Of a stretch of DNA of 64,000 nt, positions 39,118 to 52,282 are shown in pieces (positions within the stretch are counted from its first letter, which is position 1; the number at the start of each line of letters is the position of its first letter). A program made the position numbers and the translations under genes. The notes under the pieces are model-generated. The model was not told the DNA's origin, ran no database searches, and saw nothing but the letters and a program-made list of their open reading frames with translations. The stretch comes from Chromera velia. Taxonomy: Eukaryota. The stretch is taken from positions 124,001-188,000 of the forward strand of contig JAHBMJ010000443.1 of NCBI GenBank assembly GCA_018398765.1. Reading direction: 5' to 3'.

Positions 39118-42100
39118 AACAGCCAGACACACAGACAGAGAGACAGAGAGAGACAGACAACCTTCCTTTTTTGCTTCCGACGAACGAGACTTGATATTAA
39201 AGACCAAAGGAATTTAGTGTTCTCTTCAGAGAAAGGGCAGTCGTATATTTTCGTCAATTTGCGATCATTCATACTTCCTCCTTCTCTCTAGAACTCCCAA
39301 TGCACCCGCCAACCAACCCAAAGAATTAACCCAAAAACCAAATTCACTGACCTCTCCCACAGGCATTTCCAGCACTTTCAACCCTCTTTCCCTCTGAGGG
39401 CCTTTCGAGGGTTTTTTCCCGAGACCGAACCCCTCTGAGAGCAGCCCCCTCGCCTTGCTGATCAGACGCAAAAGGTCAAGGTCGCCTCCTGCCCCCGGAA
39501 AGTCGAACGGCATCTCATCCACGCTGAAACCAGCAAAAATCGCTTTCTCCCTCGTCACCGACAATTTCGCCTCTGCGCGCTGATACTTTGTGGCACTGAG
39601 AAGAATCAGACACTCAGCGAAGCAATCGTCTGCGGAGAAGACGGTCATCCCGTTGGCGTGGCAGGTTGCGCTCGGCCTGTCGGACCCGTACCTGAATGCA
39701 TGCATCAATTCAATGCGTGCGTGCGTGGGTGCAGGCAGGGAGATACGGAGAGAGGGAGACGGAAAGGTGGATAGAGATTTCACTGCGGTGGGGAAGACAA
39801 TTCACTCCGTCCTTCTTTCCCTTCCCGCACCTTTCCTTTCCGTTCCTTCCCTCTTGTTGCTTCCTCCTCCCCCCCTTTCTCAATCAATCCCACCCTTCCT
39901 CCTCCTTCTCTCCTCTTCAGACAGACAGACAGACAGACAGGCAGGCAGGCAGGCAGGCAGACGAACTAACCTTCCCGTCCTGTCGTCCCACTCGTGGGGG
40001 TTGATCTCCGTGTCGTAGTTGAGGAATCCTGCGGCCACTCCGATTCGAGGCTGGTCCTCGAAGATGCCAGACTGCTCGTCCAACACGCGGAAATCGATCC
40101 AGTTGAACACCGCAGACCGCACAGAGGGCTTGATGGCGATCTCCTGGTAGAGGGCCCTCCAGAGGTACTTGGCGATGGACTTTACCTGCAGCAGCCAGGT
40201 AGGCAGGGAGAGATAGATGTCAGACAAGTAGGGGCTGCATGGTGGATGCATCCTTACATAAACACGCGTGCATTCATTTGTGCTCTTCTGACTTAAAATA
40301 GACCGACAAAGCAAAGAAGGAGACGGACATTGTGGAATCCCTTCAAGCATGACCGCTTCCAGTTCTCGTGTTCGAAAGCGGAGACGCGAGGGGAGTGGGG
40401 CAGAGAAGAGAGAGTAATCCCCACAGCACGCACAGAAAAAGAGATAGGTACACGAGAGTGGGCACGAACTGCACGCCGATGTTGTCGTGGCCCCTCCTCC
40501 CGTTGTCGAGTCCGGCATCGAAAGGGGGATACGTGCAAGGAGACAGTTAGGCATGTGCCTAGGCATGTGTCCAAAAAACAAACAGCCAACCGGACAGTCG
40601 GGAAGGCTGACAAGACAGGTAGACGTTCGGGAGGCACACACAGAGACTGACAGAGAAAGAGATAAAACAAAACAGAAGCACAGACCTGAGGGCATCCTGA
40701 GAAACCCTGACTGAGTTTCTTTCGCTTGTCCTCTTCCCTTCTCCTGGCAAAGAAGCTCTCGTCGTTCACTGCTTCATCTGCAAGAGATCATACATCAATC
40801 GCGGCAGTGAGAGAAAATAAGGGTATGAAGTTTATACAGCTATTCTTCTCTCTCTCCAGACTCTCTCTCGTGGCCGGTACGAAATAAAGAACAAGGGACC
40901 CAAACGTCAAGGAAAAGTAAAGGATGATTCATTCTAGACGGCAACTTGTCAGGGGTATGAAGAAGCTCAACCTTTTCACACTGACAGGGTTTCACCGGAT
41001 TATTCAGTCACTTCTGAAGTGGGAGTGCAGTGGGGTAAAAATCAGGCAGGTTTTGCGGCGAATACAATCGGATAGACGGTCCGCATTGCTTTTGCGGCGT
41101 CTATCCCAGCCCTTTTCTTTCTTCAGGCTCACGCGGCTTTCCATTCATTTGCTCACTGCTTGCTTTCCTTCTTTCGCTCCCGCATCTTCTCCGCCGTCTC
41201 CTTTCCTTTCATCCACCAGCACACTCACACACTCACCCAGATCCTCTTCCCCTCTGCGTCTCTGAGGTCTCTCCCCCTCGCCCTCCAGCGGCCACGCGAA
41301 CTTCATTCCACCCAGGTGGGCCATCGTCTTGATCTCCGCAGACAGGTCGCTCCCCTTCTCGGTGAATCGACCCACATACCCAGGCAACAGGTTGTCCCTC
41401 ACAGCAGCGTACTGAACGGGGAAAGAGAAACCGAAGAAGGAGAGCGAATTAGAGAGAGCAGGACGAACGAACGAACGGACGAAATGACACACATAATCAC
41501 ATGATTGAACTGAATGCACAAACAAAAAGACCACATGCCAGAGCGCCCGTCCATGGGCCCATGAAGCGGCCAGACTTCCTTCGCGTTCCTTTTTCTGTCT
41601 GTGCATTCATCTGCCCCTCCATCAATCCATCCATCCATGCATGCATCCATCCATCCAGGCGTTGATTCCTTTTCCACCTTCCACTGCCCTCTTGAACTGG
41701 TATCAGTCTGTCTAACCGTCACTGAAGGAAAAAGTGGGTGGACAGACGAAACAAGCATCCATGGGATAGGTGAGGGAAAAATTGACGAGCGAGCACGCGA
41801 GTGCTTCGCCAAATGACGAAAGGCTTGGTTCAAATCGACCGTCCATCTCTCCGTGTTACAACATCTCCTGCTCTCTTTTTCTTTTTCTTCGTCCTTTTGA
41901 GAAAGAGCCTAAGCCTAACTCACGTAGGGTTTCGAGTCGATTGAGATCAGCAGGGCGGTTGGCTTCAGGTCGTCGGGCTTGCCCTCTCCGTGTGTCTGCC
42001 TCTTCCTCCTCTCTGCCATCCCCACCATCGGGGGACGGAATTCAACCACGCACTGACGCTCCCGCTCCAGATTGGACGCCCACTGCATGTCACCATCCAT

Positions 42101-45100
42101 CCATCGAGGTGCGATGCACAGTCAAAAGCAGTCAGCAAGGGAAGACAGGTTTTGCTTTCGTCTGGTCTTGCAAACACATTCACTCCATCTGTATTCAACC
42201 ATGATCGATCGAAGACACTGGTCGGATCATTCCTTCTGAGACGAACCAACAAATGCATCCATCCCCTTGGGAAAAAATGATTCCCTCGGCGGGCCGGTTT
42301 GCTTCTCAGGAAACAAAAGGTCAGAGAGAGAGAGAGAGAGAGAGAGTGGAGCTCCTCAACCTCCATTTTATTTATTTCACTCCAATCTCAACCTCTACTG
42401 GCAGACACACAAAAGGACAGGCAGAGAGAAAGACTGACAAATTGACACACACACAGAGACACGAACGAACGAACGAACAGACGGACAGACACACAAAGAG
42501 ACAGAGTGTATATGTCTTCTTCTGCCTCACAGACAGACATAGCAAGTGACACACAAAGCGACAGACATACAAAGAGACAGACAAACAGACAGACAGACAG
42601 ATGGACAGACAGGACAGACGGACAGACGGACAGACGGACAGACGGACAGACAGACAGACAGACGGACGGACGGACGGACGGACAGACAGACAGACCCCCT
42701 TGACAAAAGGATCGCTCCACCGGGCCTCATGTTCCCGGGGGGGTCTGAGTGCGAACTTTCTCCTGTAGGGGTTGCCTGATTCGGGGAGGTCGTAGGATCT
42801 CATGAAGAACGTCTTGAGGATTTTGTTCACGTCCTGGAGGTGCAGGGGCACGTTGTCGATGTGCACGGAGTCGATTTGGTCCACCTGAGAGAGAGAAGAG
42901 TTCGTCACATGATAGACACACAAAAGGGGGCATATGTGTGTGCATACACTCACACGCAGGAGCACCTGAGAGAAGAGATATCCACGGAAGATGGGGGGCT
43001 AAGGGGAGTCAGGAACATATATATATACTCAGAGAAAGCATGCAGGCACAGCCGAGCGATCATGAGTTCCTCTGTGGCCTTTCAAATCAAAGTGGAACAG
43101 GCGCCTCGCTGCCTGTGCTTCTGATAAATCCGATGAAATGAGGCCAAAAACGAAGAAACAGAGAGTTGCTGCGGTTTCATTTTGAATATTCCCTAGATTC
43201 TCCACCTGCCTGCCTGTTTGTCCTGCTTTCAAAGTTTCTTGTTCAAATGTTCCCTCCTCCTCAGAGCATGCAACAACTTTTTCGTGCTCCTACAAGGGCA
43301 GCCGCGGTTCAGTGATCGCATTAAAAATGCAGTACATTTGTTTTTCGTTCAGTCAGAGAGGAAAGTGAAGAATACCCAAAGTAACCAAAAACCCTCCCTC
43401 AACTCACCTGTGCGTCCGCCATCCAGTTCTCGTAGACCTGCTTCCCGTTTTGGGACCCGATAATCCTTGCATTCCCCGTCACGAAATTGGGAGCAAACGC
43501 CAAGGCCACCAGAGAGTGAAGCAACGTCACAGGATCCAGCTTGCTCAGTTCACCCAACCACTCTTTCTGCTTCTTCACCGCTCCCCCCGTGTCTGATGCC
43601 GCCCCTTGGGGCTCTGGAAGTTTCATCGAATAGTCCGGCAGGACTGTCCACATGTCCGGGCTCTTCTCGTTTCCCCGCGCGTCCGTGGCCTCGATAGGGT
43701 TCGAGAGGAATAAGTACTTAACATTCTCCAGAGCCTTGTTCCTGTCTTCCCTGGTGCACTTGGGGTACTGGAAAGACTTGAGCATCTCCAGTCTCCTCAG
43801 TGTGTCCGGAGGGACGGTCACCTGCGAACAAGCATACAGACAGAGGACGCACAGGAAGACAGGGAGAAACGTGAAATTTGTTTCAGGAAGAAGTGCATGG
43901 AGGGGCAAGAAAGAACGCAGACAAGGCTGCAAAGACCCTGCCGAGCCCATCAAAAAAGAGTGAGTAGCTGAAAGACAAAAGTCAACGCATGCATCCTTTC
44001 CCTTTCCAGTTCCCTGCAAGTTGGCTAACACTCCGGACACCTTTTCATGCCTGCCTCTCTCTCTCTCTCTTCAAACATCTCACTCACTTGCTTTTGTTAG
44101 GCGTCCGGACCGAAGCCCCTGTCTGTCTGCCGACCGACCTTCACTTTGCAGCTGTTGATTTCGTTCTCCAGCCACAGGTACGTGGACATCGCCAGGTGTT
44201 TCGCAGTGGAGATGCACAGCTTCAGCCTCTGGTAGGAAGCAGAGTTCAGCCCGTGGAAGTTGAAACCCTCTGCAGAACACAGAACAGGGGGAAGGGAAGC
44301 AATGAGTGTGGATGACAAACAATTGGGGACGGTGAACGGACGCCATGGAAGCTTTTCTTCCGTGTGAAGAAAGAGGAGATGAAAAGAAATCACCCGGCTC
44401 TTTCTCCCTCCCGTTTTCCCTTTCCTTCTTTTGAAGAGAAAGAAACTGAATGTGAAGGGGAAGACCAAACAGAGACGCTCTTACCAAAGTCACACTTTGC
44501 CAATTTCGTTACTGTCCATGACTGGGGAATTTTTCCTTCCACAAAAATAAACGAAAATGAAATAAAAGAATTCTGTATGAAAATAAACACACGTACGTTT
44601 TCCTGTGTGGTGTTCCTGTGGGCACATGAGGAATGCCACGAGGAGGTTCCTCCACATGATCGGTTCACTCTTCATGTTACCGTCAAAGAACAGCCGTGCC
44701 CTCAAGTTCTTGTGAAGGTCCGTGAACAGGTTGAGGGGGTCAGTGATGAACAGAGGGGAGGGGCTCTTGAAAGGATCAGCCACGCCCAAAGCTGCTGCAA
44801 TCAACGCCGCATCTGCCGGAATCCCAAGAAGGAGACCCATCCAGAGGCACCGGGACTCCGACAGAGAGAGACCGATGTGGGCCGCGAAGTCCCCGAACGC
44901 CGTGACGGGTGCGGCTTCGTGTGCGTACAGGAGAGCCCCCTGTTTTGCAAGCGTCGAGACGGCTTGTTTGATGGACAACTCCTCAGGAGGTTCCAGAGAT
45001 CTACTCAGGGCATCGCTGACTGTTTTGCCTTCGAAGGTCTGTCTCACTTTCAGCACCACGTGCTCGAGGGGCACGCGCTTGATCGCACTCTCCTCAAACT

Positions 45101-48100
45101 CTGGCAAGGTCTCCCAGAACTTTTTCGAGACGAATCTGCAATCACAACATCAAAAAAAGGAGGGGTAGGAGGCTCAGAACACAACACGGTGTTTGCAGAT
45201 GGTCAGAACACATATGCAAAACTTCAGAAGCAGATGTGCTCGATCGAGGGCGGGGGGGGATTCATGGGATCTGCGGCAGAGGGCAACCCTGACAAGCATA
45301 CTGATACCCCGAGACCGAGAAAGACAACCTTTGACAGTGGAGAAAAGCCGAAAGAAGACCAGCGCAGGCGGACAAACCATAACACAGACTCGACGCACCT
45401 GAGAACGGTACCGGGAAAAAGTCTCCCCGCTCTTCCCGCTCTCTGTGCACACGAAGCCTGGGAGATCCATTTGAGCCTCAGTTTGGAGATTTGGGATTTC
45501 TGGTCAAGGTCCACTTGTTTGTGGAGACAGAAGTCGAAGATCCAGTGGACGTCCGGGATTGTGATGGATGACTCTGCAAGGAAGAAAGAAAGCCAACAAG
45601 CAGGTGACAGGCAGACAAGTAGAGACAGAGTCGAACATCAAGGCAGTCGAACGAGAAAGCAAGCAAGAAGGAAGGGGAGTGCGCAAGCAAATAGACAAAT
45701 ACCCTCTTGAAGAAAGGACTGGAGGAGGAAGGCAGAAGAGCAAGATGCTTGTGGAGATTCACGGAAAGAAGCAACGAAGTATCCATTGCACGAAGCGACA
45801 CACACGCACACTCACACACACGGGGTGACCTACCTGCAATGTTGGTTGCCAGGATGACCTTGCACTTCTGAGGAAGAGCGGCGATGGCCCTCTCCTGATC
45901 TGCATCCGCGACGGTCGAGTGGAGAGCGAACACCTGCAGAGAGAAGGATCAATTGGGTGGAGGTATGAGACAGAAGAGAGATTTGGGCGCTGGAAGGCTG
46001 AGAGGATCAGAAGGGTGCGGGAGAGAAGGGCGTCGTGACTTCCGGAACTGCAATTCTGCTGGGAAAGGAAAAAGTGAGAGAAAAGGAAACGAACCTCCCG
46101 GCATCTGGAGACCAACAGGCAGACTTGAACGAATCTAGGTGATAAAAACAGAATTCAAAAAGAACGTTCAGGCGAAAAAAAGGCGAAGAAACAAACCAAA
46201 CGGACACCCACCTACCTCCAGTTCTGGAATGACATCGCTGGAGGATCTGTTCCACTGCTGAGTCACTTGTTCGAGGGCCTGCTGGAACGTGAGAATGTCG
46301 TCAGCTCCCGGGAGGAACACCAAAATGCATCGCCCGATCCCCGCCACACTCTTGAGAACAGAGACGAAAATTCGCTCCATCCTGTGACCCAGGTCGGGTT
46401 TGATCGCGTCCTCATGGGGTCTGGCGTGTGCCACATCCTTTTTGCCCTTCTTGACGGTGACCACCTTATCGATGAAGTCCTGTGGCTGCAGTCGCACCAC
46501 GGCGTTGTCGAACTCCTTCTTGTACTGTTTGATCAGGTCGTGGGTGGCACGCGGAAACCGGATTCCGTGCTGCGAGAATGAAGAGACGAGAAGACAAGAG
46601 AAGAGGCGGGGACACAAATATGTTTTCCATTTGTGTATGACGTTGGTCCTGCGGACGAAGTATTCTTTCCCTCTATGCAACTTCTCGAAATACTCATCTA
46701 TCAGCAGATCAATTCACCCCATTCTCTCTCTCCCTTTCGCCCTTTTGCGCTCTGTTGTTCTTTCTGACAGAGCCCGATAGTTCTCTTGTCTCTAGTTACC
46801 GAGGTCAATAGGCGAGAGTCACATTGAGAGGAAGCACATGAATGAGTACATGCATGAAGAGAAAGAAAAGGACAGGATAAGGAAGGAAGGAAGGAAGGAA
46901 GGAAGGGAGGGAGGGAGGGAGGGAGGGAGGAAGGAAGGAAGGGAGAGGAGGAAGGGAGGAAGAGAGGAAGGAAGGAAGGAAGGAAGGAACGAACGAACGA
47001 ACGAACGCAGGAAGGAAGGAAGGAAGGAAGGAACGGAGGAAGGGAGAAGAAACAACTGACCTCGTTGCTGTCTACCAGGTCGTCCAAGAAGAGGTAAGTG
47101 AGGGGGTACCTGTGCCCCCCCACCTGGATCACCGTCCCCGGGTCGTTGTTGTCCAGCGCTTTGAAGTAGGTCCCGTAGAGGCCCGACTGGAGGGTAGCGC
47201 TCATCACGACCAGCCTGCAAGGGTGCATCCATTCATCCATGAACAGAGAGAACGGAGGGAAGAGGTGAAGTACTGAAAAATCAAATGAGTGAAGGGTAGT
47301 TTGGAAGAGCAAATGAACGGGAGGAAGGAAGGAAACAAGGAAGGACTCAACAACACGACGAGGGAGTGAATGAGGAACAGAGTAGAGAGAAGGAAACACA
47401 GACAGAAAGCAAGAAGTCACGCGACAACCTTTCGTCTTCTCTCTTTTGAATGACGAGAAAAAAAAAGGTCAACAAACACATGTGGCCGGGAGGAACCCTA
47501 GAATGCCACCGGACCCCTGACAGGGAAGACCGAAATATTTTGATCGTCATTTTCTTTCTTTGTTCGGCTCCCCCTCCTCCGATGTCAACCCACCAACCGA
47601 CCGAAGATGGTCCACTCTGAGGCCCTGCTGCTGCGCTCGCTTTGCGTCCGGTTCGGCCATTGCAACGTCCATCTGAAGGCGTCGAATGGTCACCTCCATG
47701 TCGCTGATGTTCTTCTCGAGCTTATTTATCTTCTTTGTCTGTGGCGTGTACTGCAATTGCTCCATTTCTTTCAGCAAGTCCTGATGCGCCCCCTGTGCCC
47801 TCTTCAAATCCAAGGTCAAAGTCCTGTGTTTGGAGATGTGCTCATCTTCCTCCCCCGCCCTCTGCTTGAGCATCTTGACCATCAGGCAGACGAGGTCGGA
47901 ATCCAGAGAACGTTCGTGAACCTCATCGAGGACGACGTGAGTGACGCCGTTCAAGTGAGAGGGGTTGTGGGCAATCCACTGGAGGAGGTAACCGTCTGCA
48001 TCCATCCATTCATTCATCCATTCATCCATTCATGGAACACCCAAGAGGCACGCAGGCAGGCATCCATTCATGGAACACCCAAGAGGCACGCAGGCATTCA

Positions 48101-51100
48101 TCCATTCATGGAACACCCAAGAGGCACGCAGGCATTCATCCATTCATGGAACATCCAAGAGGCACGCAGGCAGGCATTGCTGGGAGCGTCGACACAAACG
48201 GAGAGGGAGAAAGAGAGCGGGAGAGAGAGATAAAAAGAGATAGAGAAAACAGCCCCGAAAAAAGCACGAGGAAGGAGAGAAGGAAGGGACTAACAAACAG
48301 GGACAAACGAAAGGAAATGAATCAGAGGGAAAGGTAGATGAATTGAATGAAATTGAAAAAACAGATTTTTAATCAAGCACCGGACACAAAGGAGACGTCT
48401 GCATTGTTGCGTGCTTCGCGATCGCAAAATCATGAGAGAATAAGTTGAAATTTGCTTCTGCTGCTTTCTTCATCTGACGCACGCACACGCACACACACAC
48501 CTGTGACGAAGAGGATCTTCGTGTTCTTCCCCCCCACGTGATCATGACCGATCCTGTACCCAACGACGTCTCCCAGCCGTTCCTGCTTGCCCGAAAAACG
48601 GGCGTGGAGATCGCAGACGCGCTTGGCCAGAGAGATGGCAGCAATTCTTCTCGGCTGTGTGACGATGATCTTGGGGGGCATCAAGTTCCCCTCCGCGTCC
48701 CTGGGTCTCAAGGACTCGGGAAGTCTGTTGAAGGCCTCCAGCAACAGCAGAGGAACCATGGTGGATTTTCCACACCCCGTCTTCCCGGTGATGCACGTGA
48801 CCTGCCGCTTCGTGACGGAGTTCTGGACCCGAAGGCAAATGTCGGGGTCGGCAATCGGCAAACTCCCCACACCTGCGGCCAGAGAGAGCGAAAGGGGCAG
48901 AAGCAGAGAAATGTAGATCACTCCATTGGACACATAAATAGAAAAGTGAGAGAGAAATTACCGAGAGAAAGAAAGGCAGCTAGAGAGACAGCTTCGAGAA
49001 CGAGAAGGAAGTGAACAGATGCGAGTGAGCAGGGCACGTAGCAAAGAAGATAGGAAGAAGTCAACGAAACGTTGAAGCACTCGGTGTCCTTCCCCCCCTG
49101 TCTTCCGAAGGCTTGTCTCTTTGCAGTCTGGAGCGACTTATCCCACCCACAAACCTACCTGCGTACATAGACCCCTTCGAGAGTGTCGCCTCCACTTGAT
49201 AGTGTGGCACTGGAGGGGGGCGGCAGAGCCTGTGTCTCTCGAACCTGTGCTCTCCTCCCTTCTCCCACTTCCCTGGACTCTGGTCAGGAGTAGGACTCCA
49301 ATTCTTGTCAGGGCACTTCAAGAACAGCCGGGGATCCCTACAGACGTCCTCCAGGTCCTTGTCTGAGCAGAGAAACCTCTCGAATCGATAACGACGATCA
49401 CCCCACGGCAACTGCTTCTTGAAAGCGCCGAAGACGAAACGACGCCAGCGCTGGTACCCCTCAAACACATACTTCATCTTCTGTTGCACTCTGGGAAGAA
49501 GGTTGTTGGGAACGCCCTTCTCGTTCACCAACAGTGCAAGGTCGGCTTCGCCCAGCAAGCCGTTCCGGGTGTGCCAACGCTGCCACATCAGAGTGAGAAA
49601 AGGTCCCGACATCGTCAGTGCGGGCGTGAGCGAGTTGGCGTGTTCCATGTTCAGGAGACTGGCGACGTCGCTGAGTGTCTGGAGGATTTTGTCGAGTCGG
49701 GCAACGAGCAGGTGGGATTCAACCGTAGGAGACCAGACGAGGCTTTTGATCTCTTTGCACGCCTGCTGGTGGAGGGCGTGGTGAACCAGGCGGAAGTCTT
49801 CGCGGCTCTTTACGTACTGCAGTCAGCAGGAAGGTGTGGGGAGGGGCAGGAGGGCATTGCCACACAGTCTTGCGTGAAAGAAACAGAGAAGCAAAAGTAT
49901 ACGCCTCCGTAAACACACGCGCACAAGAAAAAGGGCGAGAACGGAGAAGAAGACAGTTGAATTTTTGAGAGAGAACCTCACAGAGATGGGTTTTCACGAG
50001 AGCAAGCCAATCACAGCATTGAAAGCCAGCCAGCCAGCCAACCAACCAAAAAGACAATGCGTTGTTTCTTCTCTCCTCTGAATACACCTTTCCCCCTCTT
50101 CTTTCGCGAGTCAGAGTCAAGAAACGAACATAGGCTGACAGGCACCGAACCTAAGTGTCAAACTGACTGACTGACCATTGTGAAGAGTGCTGCCTCGACT
50201 TCTCCCACCGTCAGCATTGGGTCCACTGTGCTCCCTGCCTGCATCCCAATCAGCAACCGCCCCGCAAGGGCCAGAGCGGCGGCGCGCTCGGGGCGGAATT
50301 TGTCTGCTTCTTCATCGTCTCGGGGGGGACTGATGTTTTGGATGGTCGTGATGGGGTCCTCACGGAAGTCGACCTTGGTGATCGGATACGACGAAGGGAT
50401 GAGGCTATGAGCGATATTTCTCAAAATTGTGAACCTATCCCACATCGTACATCTCGTTTTATAGAAGTCGTCACCGTTCGATCCCTTCATCTTCTTTGCA
50501 ACAGCTCGGAATGTCTCTGCACCCTCACTGTTCAGCGCATCCTCACCCTCCTTTTGTCCCAGAGAGTTCTCCCACCACTGAGAAAAAGCCCCGGGACCCG
50601 ACCCCCTCTTTTCTGCCACCCCAAAACCCAATTCCCACACCATCTCCCTCCCCCCCAACAGCCCGAGGAGAAACCTGAGGGGGCGGAACTGCTTCTCCAA
50701 CAGGCCATCTTGTCCTACAAGGGAACAGTTGGTGCACTCGAAGTGGGGCGTCAGATACCGGCGGCCCATCCGGAGGACTCCAATGACCCACAGGGGGGCG
50801 CGCCCTTCGCCCGCCTGTCTGTGGACATACGCACCCGCACCATCGTTGAAAGAGCACTTAGAGGCTTTCTTTTTTGCATCCTCCCACTCTTTGTCAAACG
50901 CCGCCATTTCTATTTCAAGCCGTGACTTCATATGTGGGTTCTGTCTCAAAATCTCTTGTTCCGCATCTGCGCCCCATTCGGCATCGCTCTTAATCTGTTC
51001 CCTAGTCTTAGTGGGCTTAAATGGTTTTACTGTTTCGAACGCAACGTCGTCGTCTTCTTCGATTTCAGGCATCGCGTTCTTTGGAGCGTTGTATCTGGAC

Positions 51101-52131
51101 CGGTCCTTCTGCAGAGCGGGGCCAAAGGAGGTCTGTTCAACGTACATTCGGTAGACCGCCACTGCTTCCAGAGAGTAGATATGCCTGGGGTCAACCAACT
51201 CACTCTCCTCCGACCGATCCTCGCAGTGACACCTCAACTCTTTCTCGTTCCACCTCCACGTCTCCCCCTCACGGTCCATCCGGTGCCAAAAGTTCACGCA
51301 GTCCATCAGCGTGACTCTTGGAAGAGTGGCTGCCAGCTCTTCACGAAAATCATCCATGTCCTCCGCTTGGGTATGGCTCCTCCCTCCTCCTCCTCCTTCT
51401 TTTGCAGAGCCCCCCGTCGAATCGGTATGCGACTGAGACTGCTTAGCCTTCTCACGCGCCTTCTTCAGCTGCTTCTCATACCTCTTTCGCACCTCCGGAT
51501 CGAAAATATTGAGCATGAGAAGATGCTCTTTGTTGTCGGCGAAGTAGTCGCTGCAGAGGAAACCGATCTCCTCCAGGGCAGACTGAGGGAGATAATCCCA
51601 TCTGTTCCTGTCTCTGAGGTCCATCACGTCCCACATCTTCTGCCTCAGTGTCATGTTTCCACACACCCGAACGCGAAAACCACCCTTGTCCCCCCCACCC
51701 CTTGCCGGCGCACCGAGCCCGTTCACCCGAACGGGCCCCGAAGTTTTCGTCCTGTCTCGTTCCTCATTAGGAACAAGAGACTCAAATTCCTCCCATGTAA
51801 ACTTTCCCACCCACACCTCGTCGTAGAAGAGCAGGTTCGTATCCGTGGAGACGATCATCGTTCTTTCGTGCTTCAGCTGGTCACGGTATAGGTCGTGCCT
51901 GACTGCAGGAAAGAAAGAGACGTACACAGTCGGAAGGAGAAGGCGTTAAGCGGAAACAGTCAGAGGGGGAGGAAGCCGGAGGAAAGAGAGGCAAGGGAGG
52001 GGGGCGAATGCGGCAGCATGTTGCCTTTCTCTACCGATTGGCGGACAGGCAGATCATGCCATTCTTTTCCCCTTTCTGCTTACCTTTTCACCTTCCTTTC
52101 TTCCTTCCTTGCTTTTCTTTCGGTCTTTCTT

Positions 52132-52163
<32 letters not shown>

Positions 52164-52239
52164 TTGTTTGTTTGTTTGTTTGTGTCTTCCTTTCTTTCTT
52201 TCTTTCTTTCTTTCTTTCTCTTTCTCCTTCTCCTTCTCC

Positions 52240-52282
<43 letters not shown>

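Noticed and set aside
44364..45710. 448-aa plus-strand ORF (and 50932-51891, 37500-38456)
   Set aside because: Antisense shadows of helicase-gene exons, with no recognisable motifs.
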